Shown: in pieces, positions 43,088-52,631 of the stretch | How positions within the stretch are numbered: the stretch's first letter is position 1 | How the letters are laid out: each line of letters opens with the position of its first letter | Source: Candidatus Velthaea sp. | GTDB lineage: Bacteria > Vulcanimicrobiota > Vulcanimicrobiia > Vulcanimicrobiales > Vulcanimicrobiaceae | NCBI GenBank assembly: GCA_050012475.1 | Contig: JBEKHC010000002.1 | Span: forward strand, 32,001 to 96,000 | Reading direction: 5' to 3' | DNA: 64,000 bases | Position numbers and translations under genes: made by a program | Notes under the pieces: generated by a model | Told to the model about the DNA's origin: nothing | The model's input: the letters and a program-made list of their open reading frames with translations, nothing else | Database searches by the model: none

Positions 43088-44695
43088 CTACGTGCCCGGC
43101 GCGCCCGTGGCGGTCGGAGCGAGCGTCGCCGCAAGCTGTGCGCCGTTGGGACTGCCCAACCCCGAACAGGCGTCCCAGCCCGGGCCCGCGCTGTACGCGC
43201 CGTTGTTGCCGACGGTTATGTCGTTGAACGAGCCGCTGGCTTGTGCGTAGAGCTGAGTGTTGTAGAATCCCAGCTTCACCCCGGATTGCTGGTTGAGCAG
43301 GGCGGTGAGCGCGGCCCATAACGGAGCGACCGCGCTCGTCCCGCCCACAACGCCGCTCTGGCCGTCGACGAGGGTGGTGTAGCCGGTCTGCGGATCGGCG
43401 TCGCCGGCCACGTCCGGAACGCCACGGCCGACGTTCGCGCCGGCGTTCACCGACGGCGGTACGCCGGCGTTTTGTTGCCATGCCGGCAGCGCGAACGATG
43501 CGCTGATGCCGCCGCCGGTCGCGCCGCCGCTCGAACCGTCGTTCCACACCGATTCGCTGGTAATGCTGGTGCCGCTGAGAGCCAGCGACGTTCCCCCGCA
43601 TGCCAGCACGTGCGGGCTCGACGCTGGAAAGTCGACGTGCGCGAGGCCGTCGGTGACGCCGTCGGACGAACCGTTGTCGCCGGCTGCGACGCAGACCGTG
43701 ATCCCCAGCGTTGCCGCATCGGCAAACGCCGCATCGAAGTTCGTCAGCGCTTGGGCCGTCCAGGTTGACTCGGGGCCACCCCAGCTGATCGAAATGATCG
43801 TCGGTTCGTTGGTCGTGTCGTGTATCGCGGTGGTGATCGCGTCGAGAAATCCTTGATCGGTGTTCGGTCCGAAATAGACGACGAACTTGGCGCCGCTCGC
43901 GATCGAGCCGGCGACTTCGATATCGAGTGCGACCTCGGCGTCGGCGCTGTTGGGATCGCCGGTCGGGGCATTCGTCGCGCTGTCGACCGAAACGCTCGTC
44001 ACGGATGGGAGCGACCGCCCAAGGTTGGCGAAGTACGTGCTCAAATCGGAGCTGTTATAGCCGCCGCCCAGTTCGATGAGGGCGATGGTTTGACCAGTTC
44101 CGTCGACGCCGGCCGGAAACGCGTAGGCAGCGGCGATTTGCAGCGGCGTGAACGACGTTGCGGCGGCCGCGGCGGGCCGCACGGTCGCGCGCCGAAAGTG
44201 GGCGCGCGCTTGCGGACGTTCGTCCAGTCCGAACACGCCGCTGATGACCGGTCCCAGCGACGCCGGGACGCTCATCGTGCCGGTCCGCCCGCGAAACGTT
44301 TGGCCGTCGATTGTATACAATTGGAGTTTCACGCCGAAGGCCGCGTTGAGCGCGGCGATCGTCCCCTCGAGGACGACCGCGCGGCGTGCCAGATCGGCCT
44401 CGAGCACGAGCAGTCCCGAGTCAAGCGCAAACCGCTCGACCGCGATGACGTCGGTCGGGTCGGCGCCGTGATGCTCGGCGAATTCGTCGCGCGTGAGGTA
44501 GCGGCGCGCCGCAGGTGCTGCCTTGGCCAGCTTCGCGGCGGTCGCCGACGACGGACTGCGCGGGCGAATCATGATCGTGACCGATGTCCGGTCGCTCGGA
44601 TTGGGAACGCCGGCCGGTTGCGCGTTGGGCGGCGCATTACGGAGGCTTCCGCGAATCTCGGCCCGTCCGGCGGGGGAACTTGGCGGCGTATTCAT
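43088..44695 (-). CDS. Sedolisin/kumamolisin-like serine peptidase (S53) with pro-domain
   Basis: Pro-kumamolisin-like N-domain; EVALD, AAGDNG, GGTSAVAP catalytic motifs; GWDACSGLGSP. Confidence 0.93.
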   Translation of the reverse strand: MNTPPSSPAGRAEIRGSLRNAPPNAQPAGVPNPSDRTSVTIMIRPRSPSSATAAKLAKAAPAARRYLTRDEFAEHHGADPTDVIAVERFALDSGLLVLEADLARRAVVLEGTIAALNAAFGVKLQLYTIDGQTFRGRTGTMSVPASLGPVISGVFGLDERPQARAHFRRATVRPAAAAATSFTPLQIAAAYAFPAGVDGTGQTIALIELGGGYNSSDLSTYFANLGRSLPSVTSVSVDSATNAPTGDPNSADAEVALDIEVAGSIASGAKFVVYFGPNTDQGFLDAITTAIHDTTNEPTIISISWGGPESTWTAQALTNFDAAFADAATLGITVCVAAGDNGSSDGVTDGLAHVDFPASSPHVLACGGTSLALSGTSITSESVWNDGSSGGATGGGISASFALPAWQQNAGVPPSVNAGANVGRGVPDVAGDADPQTGYTTLVDGQSGVVGGTSAVAPLWAALTALLNQQSGVKLGFYNTQLYAQASGSFNDITVGNNGAYSAGPGWDACSGLGSPNGAQLAATLAPTATGAPGT

Positions 44696-44753
44696 CGCTT
44701 GCGGTGTACGCGTTCGCGCGCGCTATCAACTGCAAACGAACCCCTCGCTTGGG

Positions 44754-47702
44754 CTAACGTGACGTCGCTTGCTGTGCGCTGATGAGCAGCGCGGCGAGTT
44801 CACCGCGGCAGGTTCCGCAACCGGTGCCGGCCAGCGTCAGCCGCCCGATCTCGGCAATGTCGTGCGCGCCCGCGGCGATCGCATTCTGAATAGTGCTGCG
44901 CGGGACTTCGTTGCAGACGCACACCCGCTCGTCGCCCGGCGCTGCCGGCGCTGCCGCGGCTCCGATCGCTTCGATGCCGAAGACGAACGCGGCGAGCGAA
45001 CCCGCGATCGGCGTCCCGGCTTCGAACGCGCGCGCGAACGCCGCCGCCGCTTTCGCATCGCCGACGACTTGCGCACCCACCAAAATGCCGTTACGGGCGA
45101 CGGCGCGGCGGTAGCGGCCGCTTGCGTCGAGCGCCGTGATCACTTCGTCGCCCGGTTGGGGATCGCGCTCGCCCAGCGCCACCACGTTCACGCCCGCGAC
45201 CTTGAGCTTCGTTCCGACGCGCGAGCCCGCGTACACGACGCGCCGGCGCGTGAGCCGCTCGGCGAGAATCGTGCATTGTTCCCACAGCGGTTCGACCAGA
45301 CCGTAGGTGACGCCGCGGTGTTGCGCGCATTCGCCGATTGCGAAGACCGCCGGATCGCTGGTCTGCAGGCCGTCGTCGACAACGATCCGGCGTTCGACGG
45401 CAAGGCCCGATTCGCGCGCGACATCGACGTTGGGAACGATGCCGCAGCACACGATGATCACGTCGCCCGCAATCCGCTCGCCGCCCGAGAGTTCGATTCC
45501 GCGCTCGTCGCCGTCGGCATAGGCGCCGGCGGACGGTTCGAGTTGCTGCTCCATGAGCGTCGGCGACAGATGGACGACGGTCGTTGCGACACCCAACGCT
45601 TTGAGACCGCTGGCGGCTTCGAGTCCGAGCAGACCGCCCCCAAGCACGATGGCGCAGCGCGCGTCCCGCGCTGCCGATCGAATGCGTTCGCAGTCATCGA
45701 GCGTTCGAAACGTGTAGACGTGCGGTGTCGCCAGTCCCGCGAGCGGGGGCACGAAGGGCCGGCTTCCAGTCGCGATCACGAGCGCATCGTAGGCGTGGAT
45801 CGAGCCGTCGGCGCACGTCACGATCTTCGCGCCGCGATCGATCTGTGCTGCGCGCATTCCGGTGCGAAGCTGCACGCCGCGCTCGGCGTACCACTCGGGT
45901 GCGTGCGTCACGATGTCGCGGGCTTCGCGAAACCCGCCCAGCACACCGGACAACATGATGCGGTTGTAGCCCCCGTGCATCTCGTCGCCGAGCACGGTGA
46001 CCGCGAACGACTCGTTCGCGCGCGCGCTGAGTTCCTCGACGAACCGCGCGCCGGGCATGCCGTTCCCGATGACGACGAGCCGGCCGGTCCGAACCGCCGG
46101 CAGCGCGACGTGCCTGCCGTCGAGCATTTGCGTGACGGTCGGGAAGAAGGCGTCGGTTCCCAGCCGTGCGACCGTTTGCGAAAAGCGCTCGCCGGCGAGC
46201 GCGAAATCTTCGTAGGCCGCCAGCAGCGCACGGATGATCGGAACGACGAGCGTGCGTGGAATCTTCTTCGGATAAGTTGCGCCCAGCCGGCGTTCGCGCG
46301 CATTTCCGCCCAGGTACAGGACGTACGCTTCGACGCGTTCGCCCTGGTATTCGGTCATTGCGCCGGCCAGGCCGATGTCGGCGACTTGATGTTTGGCGCA
46401 CGAATGCGGGCAACCGCTGACGTGGATGCGAAAATCGCCATAGCGCGGATCGGTCGCCAAATCGTCGAAGGCGCGGACAACTTCTTCGCCCAGCGTCATC
46501 GAGTGGGCAACGGCGAGCGGACAATATTCCAAGCCCACGCACGAAACGACGTCGGCGATGCTGCCGCGGCCGCGCGTTCGGACACCGAGCGCGACGAGCG
46601 CTTCACTTGCTTGCGCGACGTCTGCGCCGCGAACGCCTTGAATCTCGGCGTTCTGATCGGGCGTGAGATGCACGATCCCGTCGCCGAACCGTTCCGCTAC
46701 CGCAGCGAGCGCGCGCGCGGAGGCGGCGGCGATTTCGCCCATTGGAATGAGCGCCGGCAGCGTGAAGCGGCCGGGCTGCTTTTGGGGGATGACGTCGCCG
46801 GCGCGCGGGGGCGGCGCCGGCTCTTCCGCCGCAATCGGGGACGCGCTGAAAACCACTGCCGCGTGCGTCGCAGCTCGTTTCGCGCTTTCGAATTCTTCGT
46901 CGAAGAACTCGACGACGCGCGCGTGCCCGAGCTTGTCGACGAGCAGTTTGATCTTGGCTTTGGCGCGGTTGCTGCGGTCGGCGTATTTCTCGCCCAGCGC
47001 GACGATCGCGTCGAATGCCGGCAGCAGATCGCTTTGCGCCAATCCGGTGCGCAGCCGAACGGCCAGCCGCGGCGTCGCGCCCAGGCCGCCCGCACCCCAA
47101 ACCGTAAAGGTCGGCTCGCCGCCGGCGGGACCGGGCGTGGCGACGAAGCCGATGTCGCTCGTTGCGACATGGTCGTCGCAGTGCGGCGAGCACGCGATGG
47201 CCACATTGATCTTGCGCGAGATGTTCGTCGCGTCGCTGATCTCGACGATGCGCTCGTGCAGCAGCGCAACGAACGGCTCGAGCGGCAGCGCTTCGCCGGC
47301 ATACGTCCCGGCGTGCGGGCAGGCGATCACGTTGCGGATCGTGTCGCCGCAGGTGCCTTTCGTGGTCAGCCCGGCCTCGCGCAAGCGGGTCCACACTTCG
47401 GGTACGTCTTCGATTCGAACGTGGTGGAGTTCGAGCCCGCCGCGCGTCGTGACGTGAACGCTGCCGTGACCGAAGGCGTCGGCGAGATCGGCGACACAGC
47501 GGATCTGCGCCGGCGCGGCCTTGCCGCCGGGGACGCGGATGCGCAGCATGAACACGCCGACTTGGCGCTGCGCGCACACGCCCTGCGTCTTGAGCCGATA
47601 ACGATCCTCTTCAGAAATCCCCTCGAATCCGCTGCGTGCCAGCAGATCGACGTCGACGGCGATCCCCGCTGCTTTGACGTCTTCGATCCGAATGGTGGCC
47701 AT
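44754..47702 (-). CDS. Nitrite reductase fusion: NirA-type siroheme domain + FAD/NAD(P)H oxidoreductase + BFD-like [2Fe-2S]
   Basis: FMLRIRVPGG, CGDTIRN, CVGLEYC...SGCPHSC (siroheme-4Fe4S); LVVIGNGM, ATGSRPF, GGGLLGLEAA, AIGECAQH; VCVCNEV...AGTGCGTC. Confidence 0.85.
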   Translation of the reverse strand: MATIRIEDVKAAGIAVDVDLLARSGFEGISEEDRYRLKTQGVCAQRQVGVFMLRIRVPGGKAAPAQIRCVADLADAFGHGSVHVTTRGGLELHHVRIEDVPEVWTRLREAGLTTKGTCGDTIRNVIACPHAGTYAGEALPLEPFVALLHERIVEISDATNISRKINVAIACSPHCDDHVATSDIGFVATPGPAGGEPTFTVWGAGGLGATPRLAVRLRTGLAQSDLLPAFDAIVALGEKYADRSNRAKAKIKLLVDKLGHARVVEFFDEEFESAKRAATHAAVVFSASPIAAEEPAPPPRAGDVIPQKQPGRFTLPALIPMGEIAAASARALAAVAERFGDGIVHLTPDQNAEIQGVRGADVAQASEALVALGVRTRGRGSIADVVSCVGLEYCPLAVAHSMTLGEEVVRAFDDLATDPRYGDFRIHVSGCPHSCAKHQVADIGLAGAMTEYQGERVEAYVLYLGGNARERRLGATYPKKIPRTLVVPIIRALLAAYEDFALAGERFSQTVARLGTDAFFPTVTQMLDGRHVALPAVRTGRLVVIGNGMPGARFVEELSARANESFAVTVLGDEMHGGYNRIMLSGVLGGFREARDIVTHAPEWYAERGVQLRTGMRAAQIDRGAKIVTCADGSIHAYDALVIATGSRPFVPPLAGLATPHVYTFRTLDDCERIRSAARDARCAIVLGGGLLGLEAASGLKALGVATTVVHLSPTLMEQQLEPSAGAYADGDERGIELSGGERIAGDVIIVCCGIVPNVDVARESGLAVERRIVVDDGLQTSDPAVFAIGECAQHRGVTYGLVEPLWEQCTILAERLTRRRVVYAGSRVGTKLKVAGVNVVALGERDPQPGDEVITALDASGRYRRAVARNGILVGAQVVGDAKAAAAFARAFEAGTPIAGSLAAFVFGIEAIGAAAAPAAPGDERVCVCNEVPRSTIQNAIAAGAHDIAEIGRLTLAGTGCGTCRGELAALLISAQQATSR

Positions 47703-47709
47703 CGCGCCT

Positions 47710-48181
47710 CTAGCCCTCTTCGATCGCGAACGTGAACGTCGCCGGCCGGCCGATCAGGAAGGTTCCCGACCAGACGCGCCCGCGCAGCGTGATGAGAACC
47801 GCACCGAGCAGCGCGAGCGCGGCGAACGTGATGAACCCGCTGGCGAACGTGCCCGAGGCTGCGCGCGAGATGCCCAGGAGATTGGACAGATAGAAACCGC
47901 CGATGCCGCCGGCCGCACCGACAATGCCGGTAATGATGCCGATCTCCTTGCCGAAGCGCTGCGGAACGATTTGGAAGACGGCGCCGTTGCCGGCGCCCAA
48001 ACAGCCGACGGCAGCAAAAACGAGGATCTGACCAATCGCCAGCGGCGGTGCGAGCGCAATTCCGAACGCCAGCGCCGCAAAAGCGATGAACACGACGCGC
48101 AGGACTGGCACGCCGCCGACGCGGTCCGCGATCAATCCGCCGATCGGCCGCAGCATGCTGCCGACTAGCGACGCGCTTCAC
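47710..48181 (-). pseudogene. NarK/NRT2 nitrate transporter with a large internal deletion
   Basis: Only the C-terminal ~150 aa remain (LRPIGGLIADRVGG, GAGNGAVFQIVPQRF, GIVGAAGGIGGF). An RBS+GTG at 48181 is out of frame with this remnant. Confidence 0.8.
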
Positions 48182-48283
48182 GCAGAATACTCCAATTTCC
48201 AGTTTCCGGTGGTGAGCGTCAGTATCTGCGAAACGGATTGCGTTCGCTATGGACCAATCGCGGAACATTCGGCACCGGCCTTA

Positions 48284-49461
48284 TCAACTTGGAGCAACGG
48301 CTTCGATGCGGACGGCGCACCTTTTGAACGGCGGCATCTTCGAGTGCGGATCGAGCGAGCCGCCGACGACGGCATTGATGGATTCGTATTCGCCCCAATG
48401 AAACGGCGCGAAAATAAGTTCCGGCCGGATCGTTTCCGTGACCCGCGCGCGCACTGCTACCGATGCGCGGCGCGAAGAGATGCGCATCATATCGCCGTCG
48501 CTGATGCCGGCCTGCGCCGCGAGCGCCGGATGAATTTCCGCGTACGGCTCGCCGACCGCAGCCACGAGCCGCGCGACGCGGCGGGTCTGGGTACCGGAAT
48601 TGTAATGCTCGCGCACGCGGCCGGTCGTCAGCGTCCAGGGGTACCGTTCGTCGGGGCTCTCGCCGGCAATCTCGGTGTTGACGTCGATGAATGCGGCGCG
48701 GCCGTCCGCGGTGGGAAACGCGTGCGTGAAGAGTGCCGGCGTGCCGGGATGATCGACCGCCGGCACGGGCCAGACGAGTCGTTCGCCGTTGCGCAGCCTG
48801 GCGTAAGTAACGCCGCTGTAGTCAGCGCGTCCGCCGGCGCTGGCCCGCCGAAGTTCGTCGAAAACCGCTTCGGGTTCTTCGCTCGGCAGCAGCGCCGGTG
48901 CGCCCAAGCGCCGCGCGAGTTCGCGCAAAATAAACAGATCGCTGCGCGGACCCGGCGGTGCATCGAGGTAGCGTTCGCGCAGCAGGACGCGTTGCGAGCG
49001 GATTTCCGCCCGCGACGAGCAGCGTCTCGGCCTCGCCGATCCATCCCAGCGGGAACGGCAGTCCGCGATCGATCCCCAGCGAGCGGTTCGCAGCCGCCGC
49101 GGCCGACGACATGCAAAAGCGGCCGTTATAGTCGAAGTTTGATGTACCGAGCGCGAGGCGGGCGAATTTTCCCAGCGCATACGTCTTTTCATTCGTGAGC
49201 GAGCCGCTGCCGAAGGTTGCCGGCGGCGGCCGCGTCGAGCGCTTCGTCCCAGCTCACGGCCACGAGGTTGCCATCGCGTCGAACGAGGGGTGTCAGCTGG
49301 CGCTCCGGGTGGGCGAGCGTCTCGGCGGCGCTGTACCCTTTCATGCACAATTCGCCGGCATTGACGTCAAAGGTGCCGTCCCCGACCGCCGCGTACGCCC
49401 CGTTGCGCGGTTCGATCGTCATCGCGCACTGCAGGGCGCAATAGGGGCAGTGGGTTCGCAT
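48284..49461 (-). pseudogene. Assimilatory nitrate reductase (NasA/NarB type), deleted and frameshifted
   Basis: Three out-of-frame pieces: RTHCPYCALQC..LCMKG; GSGSLTNEKTYALGKFAR..DYNGRFCMSS; and C-terminal LTTGRVREHYNSGTQTRR..PFHW..DPHSKMPPFK. Total about 1.2 kb. Confidence 0.85.
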
Positions 49462-49560
49462 CCGGTGACAGACGGCGCCGAGCCGTCCCGTTCCGCTGGC
49501 CGTTTGGCAAAGCCCGTGGCAGGGCCGGTGCTCCGCGGCGGGCAAATTCACGAAGCTTGC

Positions 49561-49632
49561 GGGCCTGTAGCTCAGCGGTAGAGCAGCCGGCTCATAACTG
49601 GTAGCGCGCTGGTTCGAATCCAGCCGGGCCCA
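49561..49632 (+). tRNA. tRNA with CAT anticodon, probably tRNA-Ile2 (lysidine)
   Basis: Cloverleaf: acceptor GGGCCTG/CGGGCCC, D arm GCTC/GAGC, anticodon loop CTCATAA, T loop TTCGAAT. The paired G1-C72 excludes initiator tRNA. CCA is not encoded. Confidence 0.9.
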
Positions 49633-49698
49633 CAGCTAGTCTTGGGGGGACGAGCACGCTGCTACTCTCCCGCCGGTCCCGCGGTCTACACGTTGCTT

Positions 49699-49773
49699 GG
49701 CGCCATAGTCTATCGGTTAGGACGCTGCCCTTTCAAGGCGGAGAGACGGGTTCGATTCCCGTTGGCGCTACCA
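49699..49773 (+). tRNA. tRNA-Glu(TTC)
   Basis: Acceptor GGCGCCA/TGGCGCT, anticodon loop CTTTCAA, T arm ACGGG-TTCGATT-CCCGT, encoded CCA. Confidence 0.95.
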
Positions 49774-50265
49774 ACAATATGCGCTCTTCTCAGCGCAAGC
49801 CTGCGAGCATCTCCCTGTCCCGATCGCCGTCAACCGATCGACCGCCGCCGGTCAGCAAAGCGAGCCTGCGGGACCTTGAATGAAGGGCTTCGGGAAGACG
49901 CACGCCTACGGCGGCACGTCGCACACCGCCGGAGCAAAGCACGTGCCGCATCGCCGACAATGAAATTGCCGCCGAGCGCGAACGCCCAATCGGCTTGACA
50001 AAAACCGGCACCTGAGCGTAGTGCTCGTCGACCCGTCCTCCGTGTCGATGGATGTGATGAATGCGATTCGCGCGTTCGATGAGGCGACGACCTGCCGCGC
50101 GTTAGCGCGATCACGCACGAAGGGCGAGAAGCGCACGGGTGCAAGCAAGTTTGGCTGTCGAAGGAGCAGGTTGGTCCGCCTTGAACGAGTGCGGCAAATT
50201 TCATCGGTGGCCGCCTGGGCTGACTTCTGTTTCGCGTTTGCTCTGTCGACAATCGGAGGTCAACT

Positions 50266-51894
50266 TTGCCTCGCTATCGCACCGCGCTGTATCGCACGTG
50301 TTGTGCTCCACTGTTCGTCTTGCTGGTCGCGTGCATCTTCGTACACCTGACCGGCGGCCGCGCGCAAGCGGCGTCCGCCTTCGGCGCACGACCGGCTTGG
50401 GTCATCGCCTGGAAAGCGTGTCCGCCCGGATCGGTCGCCGCACTTGCGGGCTTCAACTGCTTATCGATCGACGTGCCGTTGGATTATCGCTATCCGAACG
50501 GCCCCAGCATCAAACTAGCGGTCGTGAACCATCCGGCAACAGACCGCGCGCACCGCATCGGGACGCTGTTCGTCAATCCCGGCGGCCCGGGCGGCGCGGG
50601 CACGGTGGACATCCCCGGCTGGATCGGCTACTTTCCGCCGGCCCTCGTGCAACGATTCGATATCGCGAGCTGGGATCCGCGTGGCATCGGTTCGAGCACG
50701 GCGGTGCAGTGTTTTCCCAATGCGAACGCGGAGGCACGGTTCCTCGGCGACAACGCAGATTTTCCGCCGACCGAGGCCGATCAAGCGTCGTACATCGAAA
50801 CCTGGCTCGGGTTTGGAAGGCACTGTTTCGCGTTCAGCGGCTCGTTGCTCGAGCATACGTCGACGGCCGATACGGCGCGCGATCTCGAAACGCTGCGCCG
50901 GCGCATCGGCGAAGGCAAGATCAACTATCTGGGCTTGTCGTACGGCACGTATCTCGGTGCAACCTACGTGAATCTGTTTCCCGACAACTTGCGCGCCGTC
51001 GTGCTCGACGGAAACGTGGCGCCCAGCGCATGGACGGCGACTGGACCGGGCGGGAATTCCCAGAGTTTGTCGGCCCGCATCGGCACCGACGTGCTGACCG
51101 CGCGCGTGTTCAACGACTTTCTGAACCTGTGCGGGCAAACCGATGTGGCGCACTGTGCGTTTTCGGCCGGCTCACCCGCTGCCACCCGGGCCCGGTGGGA
51201 AGCTTTGGCGGCGCGTTTGCGTCAAGGCCCGATCTTTTTGTCCGGCACGAAGAAGATCGCGTACGCCACACTGATCGATCAGATCCAGTCGGCGGCGCTC
51301 ATCGTCGTGCAGCCGCATGTCAATCCGCTCTCGCCGGAGCAGGGGAGCACCGGTTGGCCGGGGATTGCGGCGGCATTCGAATCGCTGTGGCAGGCGCGCA
51401 ACAATCCGCCCGTTCCGTTGCCGACTCCGCCGCCGTCATCGAAGACGACGCCGCCGTACGGAGGCGCGGAATCGTTTTACACCGTTGCTTGCGGCGATGC
51501 CCCGGTGCCGCCGACCGCAGCGTTTCCGCGGCTCTCCGCCAAGGCCGAGCAGCGGGCGGGTCCGTTCGGTTTGGCCGCAGTGTGGTTGGACGAGCCCTGC
51601 TCTTCGTGGCCGATTCACACCCAAAACGGTTATGCGGGACCGTTCAACCACTGGACATCGACGCCGATCCTCGTGATCGGAAACTACGGTGACCCGTCCA
51701 CGCCGTATGCCGACGCCGTCGCGATGTCGCGGGAATTGGCGCGCGCGCGGCTGCTGTCCGTCGACGGTTACGGACACACGGTCTTCCTCAATCCAAGTTC
51801 GTGCGCAAATGCTGCGATGACCGCCTATTACATCTCCGGAACGCTGCCCGCGCCAGGCACGGTGTGTCGAGAAGACCGGCGCCCGTTCCAATAG
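50266..51894 (+). CDS. Secreted alpha/beta hydrolase (TAP-like tripeptidyl aminopeptidase)
   Basis: VPLDY, LFVNPGGPGG, WDPRGIG, GLSYG nucleophile, DPSTPY, GYGHT. Confidence 0.9.
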   Translation: MPRYRTALYRTCCAPLFVLLVACIFVHLTGGRAQAASAFGARPAWVIAWKACPPGSVAALAGFNCLSIDVPLDYRYPNGPSIKLAVVNHPATDRAHRIGTLFVNPGGPGGAGTVDIPGWIGYFPPALVQRFDIASWDPRGIGSSTAVQCFPNANAEARFLGDNADFPPTEADQASYIETWLGFGRHCFAFSGSLLEHTSTADTARDLETLRRRIGEGKINYLGLSYGTYLGATYVNLFPDNLRAVVLDGNVAPSAWTATGPGGNSQSLSARIGTDVLTARVFNDFLNLCGQTDVAHCAFSAGSPAATRARWEALAARLRQGPIFLSGTKKIAYATLIDQIQSAALIVVQPHVNPLSPEQGSTGWPGIAAAFESLWQARNNPPVPLPTPPPSSKTTPPYGGAESFYTVACGDAPVPPTAAFPRLSAKAEQRAGPFGLAAVWLDEPCSSWPIHTQNGYAGPFNHWTSTPILVIGNYGDPSTPYADAVAMSRELARARLLSVDGYGHTVFLNPSSCANAAMTAYYISGTLPAPGTVCREDRRPFQ

Positions 51895-52560
51895 CTAACG
51901 GAACGCCTGGAAGAAGCCGCGCTGCTTTTGCAGCGGGTGTTGTTTGAACGCGATGTTCTTGAAGCCGAACTCCGTGAGCATGGCGCGGACGCAGGCGACG
52001 TTCGGTCCCCACCAATTGCTCGGATCGCCGTTGAGCGTGGCGCCGGGGTAGAACCGCATCACGGGGCGTCGGTCGTTGCGCGCGTCGAGGTGCGTTTCCA
52101 ACACTAATCGTTCGGTCACCACCGAGGCGATGCGCTCGAGCGCATCGAGCGGATCCTTGAGATGATAGAGCACGCCGAGGAACAAGACGACGTCGAACTG
52201 ACCTGCGGTTTCCGGCGTGAGGTCATGGACGTTAAAAATCTTATCTTCGATAACGAAGCCGACCGCTTCACGGGCAAAATTGAACGAGGCATAGCCGCGG
52301 CCTCGCCATCCGTCCCAATCCATCGCCAGGACGCGGCTTGCACCCCGCCGCTTTGCCTCAAAACTGAAATACCCGTCGGAAGCCCCGATGTCGAGTACGG
52401 ACTTTCCCTTCACCGGATAGCGGAACACGAGCTCGGCTTCGCGCGCAAGCATCTTCGGAGTCTTTTTTCCAGGCGTGACCAGTCCACCGTCGAATTTTAT
52501 CGAGTGCCACCAGTGCAAAGCCTCAACCTGGGCTCGCGTTATCGCTCGGCCGTCGATCAA
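51895..52560 (-). CDS. Class I SAM-dependent methyltransferase (DUF1698/CmoB-like)
   Basis: WWHSI, VLDIGASDGYFSF, FDVVLFLGVLYHLKDP, NWWGPN. Confidence 0.88.
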   Translation of the reverse strand: MIDGRAITRAQVEALHWWHSIKFDGGLVTPGKKTPKMLAREAELVFRYPVKGKSVLDIGASDGYFSFEAKRRGASRVLAMDWDGWRGRGYASFNFAREAVGFVIEDKIFNVHDLTPETAGQFDVVLFLGVLYHLKDPLDALERIASVVTERLVLETHLDARNDRRPVMRFYPGATLNGDPSNWWGPNVACVRAMLTEFGFKNIAFKQHPLQKQRGFFQAFR

Positions 52561-52631
52561 GTCGCACCTCCTTTCGCGCAGCGCGTCGCTGCCCCGGGCT
52601 CTTCGCGGCGGGCAACATCGAATTCCTTACC

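Noticed and set aside
44769..47735. 988-aa plus-strand ORF
   Set aside because: Antisense shadow of the nitrite reductase, which carries all the catalytic motifs.
49780..50260. Integrase or prophage remnant after tRNA-Glu
   Set aside because: No tyrosine or serine recombinase motifs in any listed frame and no att duplication seen.
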